A stretch of DNA of 64,000 nt, taken from NCBI GenBank assembly GCA_965221215.1, contig OZ244872.1:1867601-1931600 (forward strand), written 5' to 3'. The stretch comes from Candidatus Aldehydirespirator sp. (GTDB taxonomy: Bacteria > Actinomycetota > Acidimicrobiia > Acidimicrobiales > Aldehydirespiratoraceae). How positions within the stretch are numbered: the stretch's first letter is position 1; each line of letters starts with the position of its first letter. Position numbers and translations under genes: made by a program. Positions 26,100 through 36,090 of this stretch are shown here, one piece after another. The notes beneath the pieces are model-generated. The model was not told where the DNA came from. It saw only the letters and a program-made list of their open reading frames with translations, and made no database searches.

Positions 26100-26492
26100 A
26101 TGCGGTCCCCCAAGAGGCGACGGCCTAGGAGGCGTGAGAGGTTCGTGCCGCCGGGAACTGATCTTGCAGCAATAGCTTCTCGCGTCAAGTACGTCGGGAG
26201 TCCCGAGCACAAGGATGCGGTCACGCAGTCGGGTGTGCCACGTCCGCGCGGCGATGCCTCCATCTGCCCCCGCGAGTACAAGGATTTTCAGCTTGCGACG
26301 AGCTGGCTGCGCTCCGCCATCCGTGATGGTTCGACCGGTGGACTGTGGGAGGGCGGCTTTCCGCGCTACGCGTGGCACAAGGAGGCAGCAACCGTGTTCG
26401 AGGCACGGCTCGTGAACCGCGGCGACGGTTCATACAAGGGGTACCCCCTCCACGACGATGAGTGGCCTCCACACATGGTGGACTCGCGATGA
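26100..26492 (+). CDS. Hypothetical basic protein (130 aa); candidate toxin/effector
   Basis: RRRPRRRERF N-terminus; conserved-looking blocks YVGSPEHKD, GGFPRYAWHK, FEARLVNRGDGSYKGYPL. The stop overlaps the start of the next gene (ATGA). Confidence 0.5.
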   Translation: MRSPKRRRPRRRERFVPPGTDLAAIASRVKYVGSPEHKDAVTQSGVPRPRGDASICPREYKDFQLATSWLRSAIRDGSTGGLWEGGFPRYAWHKEAATVFEARLVNRGDGSYKGYPLHDDEWPPHMVDSR

Positions 26493-27790
26493 CTGGTCTC
26501 GAGTTCATTTCGGACTGGCAGGACGGGGAGGGACTGCGGGGAGCCGAGTTGGCCGCAACTTTCGCGTCGCTGAGAATTGACGTACGGGGCCGGCCTCTGA
26601 CGCAGGTCCTCGACCATCGGGCGCGCACTGTGCGGGACCACATCTTCGTTCCGCTCTATCCCATTGCTGAGTGGCTGGCCTCCAACTGGTGGTTCCTCGT
26701 GCACGAGCACGAGAACCGAGTCAAGCGAGAGGATCCGGCCTTCCGCCACCGGCACTCGTTGGGTGCGAGCACCGACGGCTATGCCCTCCCGAACCTGACG
26801 ATCATCGCATCAGGCGGGAGGACCAGCCTCACATGGGGTGACCAAGGGCCCGGATGGGCCGCTGTTCGGTTCCTGGACCGAGGATCGGCGGCAGTCGAGC
26901 GGGACCAGTTCATGCAAGGGTGCACCGAGTTCATCGACAGAGTGATTCGAAGGCTCGTCTCGCACGACATCTCCTCGACGTTCCTGCAAGAGGAATGGGA
27001 TGCAGTTCAGAACGCGGACGAAGACGAGCATGCATTCTGCGAGATGTCAGCCGGGCTGGGCTGGGATCCCTACGATCTGGACGACACCATGAGAGGGCAG
27101 GTGGTAGAACTCGCCGAACGCTTGGGCGAGTTGCGCAGCGAAGCCGTCGCCGTCATCGACTCGGTCACACCCTCACGAGACTGTTCGGCCCTGCTGGCCG
27201 CTATCGAGGCCGCGAAGCCGAACGAGCTCCCGCTGCCGCGTTTCAAGCCTGTCACGCGAGGCGCTGGGTTCCAGCAGCGGCCCCCGTGGGACGTTGGCTA
27301 CGCACTCGCCCGAAGGGCGCGGAGCGAGTTCGGGCTCGACGGCCAGCCGATTGCCAGCACAGAGTCGCTGGCCCACGCGCTGGGACAGGACCTCGGAGCG
27401 CTGAGGCGAGCAACCAGGCCCCTCGAACTCTTGAGTCCTCTGGAACTCGTGGACGGCGTAGTGACGCAGGGGGCTTCGGGCGATGTGGCGCTCGGCTTGA
27501 GGGAACGGGGAGAAGCCAGCATGCGCTTCCTTCTCTGCCGGGCGCTGGGCGAGGCGTTCTACTCTCGCAGAGATGCGCTCCTGACCAAGGGAGCGACCGC
27601 GCGACAAAGGCTCAACCGAGCATTCGCGGCCGAGTTCCTCGCCCCGTCTGCGAGTCTCGCGAAGCGGATCGCGCATCCGACTGTGGACGGGGAGCAGGTA
27701 GACGACCTAGCCGAGGAGTTCGGCGTGTCGACGCGGGTGATCCAACACCAACTCGAAAACCACCGGATTGCAGAATTCGCCCACAACTGA
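26489..27790 (+). CDS. Hypothetical protein (433 aa) with a degenerate ImmA/IrrE-like C-terminal region lacking HExxH
   Basis: The C-terminal RLNRAFAAEFLAPSASL..EEFGVSTRVIQHQLENHRI parallels NAFAAALLMPESKV..FEVSYETLVYRLHNLQII of the genuine ImmA at 51591..52826. The HELGH position reads LCRALGEAF. Confidence 0.55.
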   Translation: MTGLEFISDWQDGEGLRGAELAATFASLRIDVRGRPLTQVLDHRARTVRDHIFVPLYPIAEWLASNWWFLVHEHENRVKREDPAFRHRHSLGASTDGYALPNLTIIASGGRTSLTWGDQGPGWAAVRFLDRGSAAVERDQFMQGCTEFIDRVIRRLVSHDISSTFLQEEWDAVQNADEDEHAFCEMSAGLGWDPYDLDDTMRGQVVELAERLGELRSEAVAVIDSVTPSRDCSALLAAIEAAKPNELPLPRFKPVTRGAGFQQRPPWDVGYALARRARSEFGLDGQPIASTESLAHALGQDLGALRRATRPLELLSPLELVDGVVTQGASGDVALGLRERGEASMRFLLCRALGEAFYSRRDALLTKGATARQRLNRAFAAEFLAPSASLAKRIAHPTVDGEQVDDLAEEFGVSTRVIQHQLENHRIAEFAHN

Positions 27791-27894
27791 AGAGCCCCCT
27801 CCTTTGGCGCGCAATGATGCCATCTGGGGGTGACACTCGCTGAGGCCGGAAGGTTGAGCCTCCAAACTTGTTTAGCACCCTCGTTGTGCTCGCG

Positions 27895-29169
27895 CTAGGG
27901 GTTGGGGTGGACTTCTGCGAAACGGTTTATTCTTCGCAGTTCTGGGAACAGCATCCACCAGGCGGCTACTACCGCCAGGGTGCCGACCCCGCCGAAGATG
28001 ACGGCGCCGGCCACTCCGAGCAGCGCCCCGGCGACGCCGGACTCGAAGGCGCCGAGTTCGTTGGAGGCCCCGACGAAGGTGTACTCGACGGCCATGACCC
28101 GGCCCCGCATGTTCTCGGGGGTTGCCAGGGGCACCAGCGTGCTGCGCACGAACACGCTCACCGAGTCGGCGCCGCTCAGCGCCAGCAGCGCGATGAACGC
28201 CACCGCATACGAGCGGGTGAGGCCAAGCACGATGGTTCCCAGACCGAACACCGCCACCGCGGCCATCAGCGCCAGGCCCACCCGCTGCGCCAGGGGCCGC
28301 ACCGCCAGCACCGCCATCGTGGACAGGGCCCCGATCCCCACCGCGGCCCGCAGCCAACCCAGCCCCACCGCCCCCACGCCGAGGCGCTCCTCGGCGATGG
28401 CGGGCAGCAGCGCCACCGCTCCCCCGAACAGCACCGCGAACAGGTCGAGGGAGATGATGCCCAACACCACCCGGTTGCGCCGGATGAAGCGGAGCCCCTG
28501 AAGGGCATGGACGAGCACCGCCCGCACCCCGCCGGTGACCGCCGTGGAGCGGGCCACGCCACTGGCCGGCACCACCGCCAGCAGCGAGGCGGCAGCCAGT
28601 GCAGCGGCGGCTGCCAGCAGGTAAGGCGCGGCCACGTCGGCCACGAAGACGAAGCTGAACACGACCGGCCCCACCACGAAGCCGGCCTGCCAGCCCGACA
28701 TGCACATCGCCACCATCCGCTCGACCGCGCCGGGCGGCGCCAGGTCCACCGGCATGACCCGGCTGGCCGCGCTCAGCACCGAGCGGGCACAGCCGAAGAC
28801 CACAACCAGGGCGAAGATCGGCACCACCGACGCAGGATCCGACGCCACGTAGAAGTACAGCCCCGCCGACGCGGCCGCTTCGCCCACCAGCCCGCAGGCG
28901 TACATCACCCGCCGGTCGAATCGGTCCGACAGCACTCCGCTGAGCGGCGCCAGCAGCAGGGTGGGCACGAACTCCGCCAGCCCGAGCAGGCCGAGGTCGA
29001 GCGGCTCGCCGGTCATGTCGTACACCTGCTTGCCCAGGATCGTGATCTGGCCCACGGTCATGGCTGCGGTCAAGAAGATGACGACCGGCAGGGCCCAGAG
29101 CCGCGGGCCGATCCGACCTGACGACCCGGCGCCGCCCGCCGGTGAGTCGTCGTCCCGCATCGGCCCCAA
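27895..29169 (-). CDS. MFS transporter
   Basis: 424 aa, multi-pass hydrophobic, with LSGVLSDRFDRRVM (MFS loop motif). Confidence 0.8.
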   Translation of the reverse strand: MGPMRDDDSPAGGAGSSGRIGPRLWALPVVIFLTAAMTVGQITILGKQVYDMTGEPLDLGLLGLAEFVPTLLLAPLSGVLSDRFDRRVMYACGLVGEAAASAGLYFYVASDPASVVPIFALVVVFGCARSVLSAASRVMPVDLAPPGAVERMVAMCMSGWQAGFVVGPVVFSFVFVADVAAPYLLAAAAALAAASLLAVVPASGVARSTAVTGGVRAVLVHALQGLRFIRRNRVVLGIISLDLFAVLFGGAVALLPAIAEERLGVGAVGLGWLRAAVGIGALSTMAVLAVRPLAQRVGLALMAAVAVFGLGTIVLGLTRSYAVAFIALLALSGADSVSVFVRSTLVPLATPENMRGRVMAVEYTFVGASNELGAFESGVAGALLGVAGAVIFGGVGTLAVVAAWWMLFPELRRINRFAEVHPNP

Positions 29170-29175
29170 CGCTAC

Positions 29176-29318
29176 GAGGCCGAGAGGGCGCGCAGATAGG
29201 TGAGAGCCGATCGCGTCGCGGCGGGGTCATTCCCGCTCTTGTTCGCTGCGCTCACGGGCCACTCGGGCCACGGCCTCGCCCGTATGAGCCGGATTCGGTC
29301 ACCTATTCGCTCGGCCTC
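29176..29318 (-). repeat. MITE/REP-like intergenic element, copy A (short variant)
   Basis: Ends GAGGCCGAGAGGGCGCGCAGATAGGTGAGAGCC / TCACCTATTCGCTCGGCCTC. Shares the core GGGGTCATTCCCGCTCTTGTTCGCTGCGCTCACGGGCC with copies B-E. Confidence 0.8.
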
Positions 29319-29347
29319 TGAGCGCCCGCCTCTAGCCTGCGGGCGCA

Positions 29348-31456
29348 ATGGCCCTGCCCGCTCTTGGCAGCTTCCTGCCCGACACGCCCGGCGCCGACGA
29401 GCTGCTCGACGCCTTCATCGACTGGTCGCTGGCGGCCGGCCTCGAGCTGTACCCGCACCAGGAGGAGGCGGTGCTGCGCCTGCTGGCCGGCGAGAACGTG
29501 GTGCTGTCCACCCCCACCGGCTCGGGCAAGTCGCTGGTGGCGCTGGCCGGAGCGTTCGCCATGCTGGCCCAGCGGCGCCGCACCGTCTACACCGCACCCA
29601 TCAAGGCGCTGGTGAGCGAGAAGTTCTTCGGGCTAACCGCGGCCCTCGGCCCGGCCAATGTGGGCATGGTCACCGGCGACGCCTCCGTCAACGGCGACGC
29701 TCCGGTGGTGGCCTGCACCGCGGAGATCCTGGCCCAGCGGGCCCTGCGCTCGGGTCCCGACACCGCCGCCGACCTGGTGGTGATGGACGAGTTCCACTAC
29801 TACGGCGACCGCGACCGCGGCTGGGCCTGGCAGGTGCCGCTGCTGGAGATGCCCAACGCCCGGTTCCTGCTGATGTCGGCCACCCTGGGCGACACCGCCG
29901 GGCTGCGCCGCGACCTCACCGCCCGAACCGGGCGAGACACCGCGCTGGTGGCATCGGCCGAGCGGCCCGTCCCCCTCGACGTCGAATACCGCGAGACCCC
30001 GCTGCACGTCTCCATCGAGGAGCTGCTCTCCACCGGCCGCGCCCCCACCTACATCGTGCACTTCACCCAGCGCGAGGCCGCCGCCCGGGCCCAGAGCCTC
30101 ACCAGCCTGCGGGTGCTCGACACCGACGAGAAGGCCGCCGTCAAAGAGGCGGTGGGCGGGTTCCGCTTCGACACGCCCATCGGCAAGGATCTGCGCCGCT
30201 TCGTGCTGGCCGGCATCGGCCTCCACCACGCCGGCATGCTGCCCAAGTACCGGCTGCTGGTGGAGAAGCTGGCCCAGCAGGGCCACCTGAAGCTGATCTG
30301 CGGCACCGACACCCTCGGGGTGGGCGTGAACGTCCCCATCCGCACCGTGCTGTTCACCCAGCTCTACAAGTACGACGGCCGGCGCACCCGGGTGCTGTCG
30401 GTGCGGGACTTCCAGCAGATCGCGGGCCGGGCCGGAAGGCGGGGCTTCGACACCGTCGGCAGCGTGTGGGTGCAGGCCCCCGAGCATGCGGTGGAGAACA
30501 AGCGGGCCGAGATGCGGGCCGCGGGCGACCCCAAGAAGCTGCGCAAGCTGGTCCGCAAGAAGCCGCCCGATAGGGGCTACGCCCACTACGACGAAAAGAC
30601 CCTGGCCCGGCTGTGGGAGGGCGCCCCCGAGACGCTCGAGTCCAGCTTCGACGTGACCCACGCCATGATGCTCAACGTGCTGGACCGGCCCGGCGACGGC
30701 TGCGCGGCCATGAAGCGCCTGCTGGTCGACAACCACGAGCCCCGCCCCCGCCAGCGCCGCCACATCCGCAAGGCGGTGGGGGTGTTCCGGTCGCTGATCG
30801 ACGCCGAGATCGTGGAGGTGCTGCCCGAGCCCGACGCCTCGGGCCGCCCGGTGCGGGTGAACATCGACCTCCAGGACGAGTTCAGGCTCAACCAGCCGCT
30901 GGGGCTGTTCGCGGTGGAGGCCGTCTCGGTGTTGGACCGCGAGGCCTCCGACTACGCCCTGCAGGCGCTCAGCGTGGTGGAGTCGGTCCTGGAGGACCCG
31001 ATGGCGGTGCTGCTGGCCCAGCGGGACGCAGCCCGAGACGCGCTGATGACCCGCATGAAGGAGCAGGGCGTGGAGTACGAGGAGCGCATGGCTCGGCTGG
31101 CCGAGGTGACCTGGCCCAAGCCCGAGGCCGAGTTCATCGAGCCCGCCTTCGCCACCTTCGCCCGCCACCATCCGTGGGTGGGACATCTGCGGCCCAGCCC
31201 CAAGTCGGTCGTGCGCGACATGGTGGAGCACGCCGACACCTTCAACCAGTACGTGAGCCGCTACGGGCTGAAGCGCTCCGAGGGCCTGGTGCTGCGCTAC
31301 CTGACCGACTGCTACAAGGCGCTGGTGCAGACCGTGCCCGCGGTCGCCGTGGACGACCGTCTGGCCGAGGTGACCGACTGGCTGGGCACGCTGGTCCGCG
31401 ATGTGGACTCGAGCCTGCTCGACGAATGGGAGCGGCTGCGCACCGTGAGCGCATAG
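29348..31456 (+). CDS. Ski2-like DEAD/DEAH-box helicase (HelY-like / DUF3516-type)
   Basis: 702 aa: TPTGSGKS, VMDEFHYY, MSATL, GIGLHHAGMLPKYR, GVNVPIRTV, QIAGRAGRRG. Confidence 0.85.
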   Translation: MALPALGSFLPDTPGADELLDAFIDWSLAAGLELYPHQEEAVLRLLAGENVVLSTPTGSGKSLVALAGAFAMLAQRRRTVYTAPIKALVSEKFFGLTAALGPANVGMVTGDASVNGDAPVVACTAEILAQRALRSGPDTAADLVVMDEFHYYGDRDRGWAWQVPLLEMPNARFLLMSATLGDTAGLRRDLTARTGRDTALVASAERPVPLDVEYRETPLHVSIEELLSTGRAPTYIVHFTQREAAARAQSLTSLRVLDTDEKAAVKEAVGGFRFDTPIGKDLRRFVLAGIGLHHAGMLPKYRLLVEKLAQQGHLKLICGTDTLGVGVNVPIRTVLFTQLYKYDGRRTRVLSVRDFQQIAGRAGRRGFDTVGSVWVQAPEHAVENKRAEMRAAGDPKKLRKLVRKKPPDRGYAHYDEKTLARLWEGAPETLESSFDVTHAMMLNVLDRPGDGCAAMKRLLVDNHEPRPRQRRHIRKAVGVFRSLIDAEIVEVLPEPDASGRPVRVNIDLQDEFRLNQPLGLFAVEAVSVLDREASDYALQALSVVESVLEDPMAVLLAQRDAARDALMTRMKEQGVEYEERMARLAEVTWPKPEAEFIEPAFATFARHHPWVGHLRPSPKSVVRDMVEHADTFNQYVSRYGLKRSEGLVLRYLTDCYKALVQTVPAVAVDDRLAEVTDWLGTLVRDVDSSLLDEWERLRTVSA

Positions 31457-31526
31457 CGGCCCTCCGGGCAGGGTCGCCGCCGACGTTCTCTGAGCTATCA
31501 ACCCCGTGATGCGAGCGGGTCGCCGG

Positions 31527-32387
31527 TCACGATCCGGCGGTTGAGGGGCGGCGGGTGGCCCGGCTCACCAGCTCGACCAGGCTCGGGCAGCCCTCGATCT
31601 TGGAGAACCGGCGGTCGACGTACACCAGCGTGGCGAAGATCAACACGAACGACACCAGATAGTTGGCCACGAAGCGGATGGCCACGAACCAGCTCACCCC
31701 GGAGTTGTTGTAGAGCCAGATGTCCCACACCGACGAGCCGAGCTCGTAGAACGCGATCACCCAGGTGACGTCGCGCAGGGTGGCTGCGAAGCGTCGGTCC
31801 AGTCTCAGGGCCTCGGGGAAGTCGGGGACGAAGCGCACGGCCCACAGCGCGAAGGGCTTGCCGACCACGATCGTGGCCACCGCGGCCAGACCGATCAGGA
31901 TCTTGGTGCCGATGCCGATGCCGAAGTAGACCGCCTCCGAGCTGACCCCGAAGTCCACCAGCTCGCGCTCCACCGCCACGGCGATGCCGGCCCGGACCAC
32001 CAGGTAGGCGGTGATGATGGGCAGCCACTTGCCGATGGGCAGGCCCCGCCGCACCCGGCTGTAGGCGGCCTTGATCGACCATGCCGTGGCCGCGATCACC
32101 GCCACCTCGATGTTGTTGAGGCCGGCCACCTGGACTGCATCCAGGTTGTAGAACACCAGGAACAGCACCACCGGCATCAGCTGGTCGAGTTGGCTGCTGC
32201 GGCTGGGCGCCAGGCGCCGAGACTGCGCTATCGCCGGTTCGGCCACCGGTGGTGTCTCGGCCGGGGTCAGGGAGTGCTCGCTATCAGGGCGCTCGGTTTC
32301 GTAGGGATCGATGTCGGGGGAGCGCTCGGTGTCGGAGGGATCGATGTCGAAATGCTCCCGGTGCGCCTCGGTGGCCGGATCGTTCAC
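31527..32387 (-). CDS. Integral membrane protein, function unknown
   Basis: Trimmed to the GTG at 32387, which overlaps the upstream stop (GTGA). Several hydrophobic spans. Confidence 0.6.
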   Translation of the reverse strand: MNDPATEAHREHFDIDPSDTERSPDIDPYETERPDSEHSLTPAETPPVAEPAIAQSRRLAPSRSSQLDQLMPVVLFLVFYNLDAVQVAGLNNIEVAVIAATAWSIKAAYSRVRRGLPIGKWLPIITAYLVVRAGIAVAVERELVDFGVSSEAVYFGIGIGTKILIGLAAVATIVVGKPFALWAVRFVPDFPEALRLDRRFAATLRDVTWVIAFYELGSSVWDIWLYNNSGVSWFVAIRFVANYLVSFVLIFATLVYVDRRFSKIEGCPSLVELVSRATRRPSTAGS

Positions 32388-33115
32388 GGAGCGAGCGCGG
32401 CCCAGGCTCGGGCGACCTGCTCGTCGCCCATCACCGACAGCGAGGCATCGTCGAGCGGCAGACGGTTCCACATGGCCAGGAACAGCGAGCTTCCCGGCCC
32501 CCGCACCGCGGCGTCGCCCTTGGCGTGGACGCGCTCCATGACGACCTCGTCGCCGTCGGCGTGAACGATCCACTCGCCGTCGCCGTCGGTGCGGTGCACA
32601 TGCAGGCTGCCCGTCGGCAGGTCCCGGCGCTTGCGCCGCTGGGCGTTGGGCAGCACGAACTCGAAGAACTCGTCCACCCCGTCACGGCCGTGCTCGCTGT
32701 CCACCGGGGTGGTCGCGCCCACCGCGTTCTCGGCGTCCCAGCGGTGAATGCTGGTCTCGTGCAGCATCCGGCGGAAGTAGAAACCGGCATCGGGCCGGGG
32801 CGACCAGTTCCACACCGGCGTGTCGGGGTCGATGCCGGCCAGAGCGTCTACGAGCCGGTCGAGGGCGTCGGCCGCGAAGTCGACTGCCGAGTCGTCGTCG
32901 GGCACCTGGGGCATCTGCTCACGAGTCATCGGCTCGGTGGCGCGGCCGGCCACGTAGCCGCCCACCAGGGCGTACACCCATCCCATGTGCCCGGCCAAGT
33001 CCCGCAGCGTCCAGTCGCCGCAGGTGGGCACGGCCGCGCCGAGGTCGGAGCGGGCCACCTCGATCAGGCGCCGCCCGTCGAGCTCGATCTGGTTGACGGT
33101 TGCCTCAGAGTCCAT
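32384..33115 (-). CDS. DinB/maleylpyruvate-isomerase-like mycothiol-dependent enzyme family protein
   Basis: MDSEATVNQIELDGRRLIEVARSDLGAAVPTCGDWTLRDLAGHMG is typical of the TIGR03083-like N-terminus. Confidence 0.6.
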   Translation of the reverse strand: MDSEATVNQIELDGRRLIEVARSDLGAAVPTCGDWTLRDLAGHMGWVYALVGGYVAGRATEPMTREQMPQVPDDDSAVDFAADALDRLVDALAGIDPDTPVWNWSPRPDAGFYFRRMLHETSIHRWDAENAVGATTPVDSEHGRDGVDEFFEFVLPNAQRRKRRDLPTGSLHVHRTDGDGEWIVHADGDEVVMERVHAKGDAAVRGPGSSLFLAMWNRLPLDDASLSVMGDEQVARAWAALAP

Positions 33116-33221
33116 GGCCAACAGTCTGGCCTCCCAACCCGCTAGTGCGACACCCCCGTCCGCTCGGCCTCCCAACCTCCTGGTCGCGACACACGCGCTC
33201 GCGGTGAGGCAAGCTGGGGCG

Positions 33222-34013
33222 ATGGGTACCTATGCGATCAGCGGCTCAGCCTCGGGCATGGGCGCGGCCACCCGGTCACGGCTCGAAACCGCCGGACACC
33301 GTGTGATCGGCATCGACTTGCACGACGCAGAGGTGTGCGCCGACCTGGCAACGGCCGAGGGCCGGGCCGAAGCGGTCGACGCCGTCGTCGATGCGGCCGG
33401 TGGAGTGCTCGACGGGGCGGTGTCAGCCGCGGGGCTCGCTCCGCCCGCGGCGGCAGAGCTCATTGCCCGGGTCAACTACTTCGGGTCGGTGGCGCTGCTG
33501 GAGGGGCTGCGGCCCGCGCTGGCCGCCTCGGGCTCGGCCCAGGTGGTGCAGTTCGGATCCAACTCGTCGACCATCACGCCGAATCTGCCCGACGAGTTGG
33601 TGGCCGCCTATCTCGAGGGACGCGAGGACGACGCAGCGGCCATCGTGAGCGAAGTCGATGCGACCTTCGCCCAGATTGTCGCCTACGCAGGCGCCAAGCT
33701 GGCGATCACCCGCTGGTGCCGCGGAACCGCAGTGTCGCAGCCATGGGCGGGCAGCGGCATCCGGCTGAACGTGATCGCGCCGGGGCCGGTGGACACCCCG
33801 CTGCTGCGCCGGGTGCTGGCCGACGAGGTGTACGGCCCGATCGCGGAGTCGATTCCGATGCCGGTGGCCGAGACGCCCGACGCCGACACGCTGGCGCAGT
33901 GGGTGGAGTTCCTGCTGTCGCCGGCGGCGAGGTTCGCATGCGGCTCGGTGCTCTTCGTGGACTGCGGCATCGACGCCCTGCTCCGCGCCGACGACTGGCC
34001 CAACCCCTTCTGA
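33222..34013 (+). CDS. SDR-family oxidoreductase
   Basis: AISGSASGMGAAT glycine-rich motif, YAGAK active-site motif. Confidence 0.75.
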   Translation: MGTYAISGSASGMGAATRSRLETAGHRVIGIDLHDAEVCADLATAEGRAEAVDAVVDAAGGVLDGAVSAAGLAPPAAAELIARVNYFGSVALLEGLRPALAASGSAQVVQFGSNSSTITPNLPDELVAAYLEGREDDAAAIVSEVDATFAQIVAYAGAKLAITRWCRGTAVSQPWAGSGIRLNVIAPGPVDTPLLRRVLADEVYGPIAESIPMPVAETPDADTLAQWVEFLLSPAARFACGSVLFVDCGIDALLRADDWPNPF

Positions 34014-34088
34014 GCGCTCACGCCAGTGGTGGGACTCGACAGACAACCGCGCGCATCGCAAGACCGCGCCACTGCCCCCTCTGAGCGG

Positions 34089-34613
34089 TCACACCATGCG
34101 TCTGAACAGTTCGGCCGCTAGGAGGCTCAACTCGTCGGAGCAGCGGTCGAAGTCGTCCTGATCGCTGGCGGCGGGATCGACGATCTCCTCCCACGGCTCC
34201 GGTTCCAGCGTGTCCAAGCCCAAGGCTCTCACCCTTTGAGCGAGGTCTCCGACGCCGGGCGGGGCCAGATCGCGGGCCAACCGGCGCAGCGACCCGGTGA
34301 TCGGGGCTGCCTCGGGCAGATTGCGGCGGATCCAGCGCAGGTGCAGCGGTTCCATCACCACCACCAGATCGGCATCGACCGCGTGGTCGGGGCCGAACTG
34401 GCGCGACCGGTGGGCGTGATCGACGAGCCCGTGGCGGGCCAGCGCCAACCGGGTGAACACCCCCATGGGGTGGCCTTCCAGCACCAGGGTGCCCGCGCTG
34501 CGAACGTCGATGGCATCGTCGGCGTCGAGGTCCCGCAGCATCGCTGCGGCCATGGGAGACCGGGCCGCGTTGCCGGTGCACACCATGTAAACCACCGGCC
34601 GCTCCCCCATCAC
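34089..34613 (-). CDS. Low-molecular-weight protein-tyrosine phosphatase / ArsC-like
   Basis: VYMVCTGNAARSPMAA (CX5R-S P-loop). Confidence 0.8.
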   Translation of the reverse strand: MMGERPVVYMVCTGNAARSPMAAAMLRDLDADDAIDVRSAGTLVLEGHPMGVFTRLALARHGLVDHAHRSRQFGPDHAVDADLVVVMEPLHLRWIRRNLPEAAPITGSLRRLARDLAPPGVGDLAQRVRALGLDTLEPEPWEEIVDPAASDQDDFDRCSDELSLLAAELFRRMV

Positions 34614-34646
34614 CTGAACTCGCTCTTGCGAATGTCTCGGGAGTGG

Positions 34647-34976
34647 TCAGGCTCGGCTGTCCGCCGGTGACCGGCGCACGGCTCGAGTGATGCGCCACAT
34701 GATGAAGGCGACCGCCACGGCCACCGCCGCCAGGGTGACGAACTGGAGGGACCCGCCCCGGTCGCCGGAGTGCTGGGGGTCTGGTCCGGGATCAGGGGAA
34801 CCGATGATCCGGTCGGCACCGGAGGGAACCTCGTACACCGGCCGCAGACCGTCGCTGCTGTCAGCGGGCAGGGACTCGTCCTCGCCCTCGTGGGCAGCCG
34901 CACCAGAATGGGCGCCGAGCACGAGGGCGCCAACCACTGCCGCCAGCACTATCGCTCGGCAAGTGCGTCCCGTCAT
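34647..34976 (-). CDS. Small secreted/anchored protein (109 aa)
   Basis: Trimmed to the ATG at 34976. N-terminal signal-like AIVLAAVVGALVLGA and C-terminal TM FVTLAAVAVAVAFIMW. The longer ORF would read through repeat copy B. Confidence 0.45.
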   Translation of the reverse strand: MTGRTCRAIVLAAVVGALVLGAHSGAAAHEGEDESLPADSSDGLRPVYEVPSGADRIIGSPDPGPDPQHSGDRGGSLQFVTLAAVAVAVAFIMWRITRAVRRSPADSRA

Positions 34977-34977
34977 G

Positions 34978-35135
34978 GAGGCCGAGCGAATAGGCGAGCG
35001 AGTCCGGCCCATACAGGCGAGGCCGTGGGCTGTGACGCTGGGGTTTGGGCGGCCCGTGAGCGCAGCGAACAAGAGCGGGAATGACCCTGCTTCGACGCGA
35101 CTGGCTCTCACCCCACAGCGCTCCCTCTTGGCGTC
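34978..35135 (+). repeat. MITE/REP-like intergenic element, copy B (long variant)
   Basis: GAGGCCGAGCGAATAGGCGAGCGAGTCCGGCCCATACAGGCGAGGCCGTGGGCTGTGACGCTGGGGTTTGGGCGGCCCGTGAGCGCAGCGAACAAGAGCGGGAATGACCC... Confidence 0.8.
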
Positions 35136-35343
35136 GGGAGGATTGTCGGGCACGGAACTCTCCAGTGGACTCACCGACATCGGCCATGACGCTACCGCTG
35201 CCGAGGTAACGGGCAGCGTCAGAGGCCGAGCGACGGGAAGCGGCTCAATCCCGATAAATCTGATCGGGATTGTGTTGTATTGGGGTTGGCCGTGCGCTAC
35301 CCTCGCAAATCCTGACTTGTCTTATCGGAATTATCGGAATCAG

Positions 35344-36000
35344 ATGACCAGTACGCCACCGTCCTATCCCGTGAACCTGTGCCTCACCGGACATCACGTC
35401 CTGGTGGTGGGCGGCGGCCCGGTCGCGGCCCGCAAGGTGGAGGGGCTGCTGCAGGCGGGCGCCTGGGTGACGGTGGTCGCCCCAGCCGCCAGCGCCGCCA
35501 TCGCCGAGAATCCTGAGGTGGTCTGGCACCGGCGGGCCTATCAGCCCGGCGAGTCGGGCGCCTACCGGCTGGTGGTGACGGCCACCAGCGACCCGGCGGT
35601 CAACGCCATGGTGGCTCGGGACTGCGAAGCGGCCAACGTCTTCGTCAACTCGGCCGACGATCCGGACAACTGCACCTTCACGCTGCCGTCGGTGGCCCGG
35701 CGCGGCGACCTGCAGGTGGCGGTCTCCACCGGCGGGCGCAGCCCCGCGCTGGCCCGCTGGCTCCGACAGCGGATCGAGCGAGAGATCGACTCGGGCTACG
35801 CCACCCTGCTGGAACTGCTGGCCGAGACCCGCGGCGACGCCAAAGCCGCGTTCGGCACCTCGGAGCTGCCCGGCTGGGAGGACGCGCTCGACGGCGGGCT
35901 CCTCGAATTGGTGAGGGTCGGGCGCACCGTCGAGGCCCGAGCCCTGCTGCGGCGCCACCTCGGACTCGTCCCCGACGACGCACAGGCTCTGGCGTCGTGA
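35344..36000 (+). CDS. Precorrin-2 dehydrogenase / sirohydrochlorin ferrochelatase (siroheme synthase N-terminal type)
   Basis: VLVVGGGPVAARKVEGLLQAGAWVTVVAP, then SADDPDNCTF and AVSTGGRSPALARWLR. Confidence 0.8.
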   Translation: MTSTPPSYPVNLCLTGHHVLVVGGGPVAARKVEGLLQAGAWVTVVAPAASAAIAENPEVVWHRRAYQPGESGAYRLVVTATSDPAVNAMVARDCEAANVFVNSADDPDNCTFTLPSVARRGDLQVAVSTGGRSPALARWLRQRIEREIDSGYATLLELLAETRGDAKAAFGTSELPGWEDALDGGLLELVRVGRTVEARALLRRHLGLVPDDAQALAS

Positions 36001-36090
36001 CGCTCACCTCTCCCACGCCGGCTGCCGACAGCTTGCCCACCGCCCCCGACGCAATCACCCGACAGCCCTGACCGCGCTAGGAGCCGTGCT

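Noticed and set aside
27868-31501. 417-, 452-, 457- and 622-aa ORFs overlapping the MFS and Ski2-like helicase genes
   Set aside because: Shadow ORFs with Arg/His/Gly/Pro-rich translations and no motifs.
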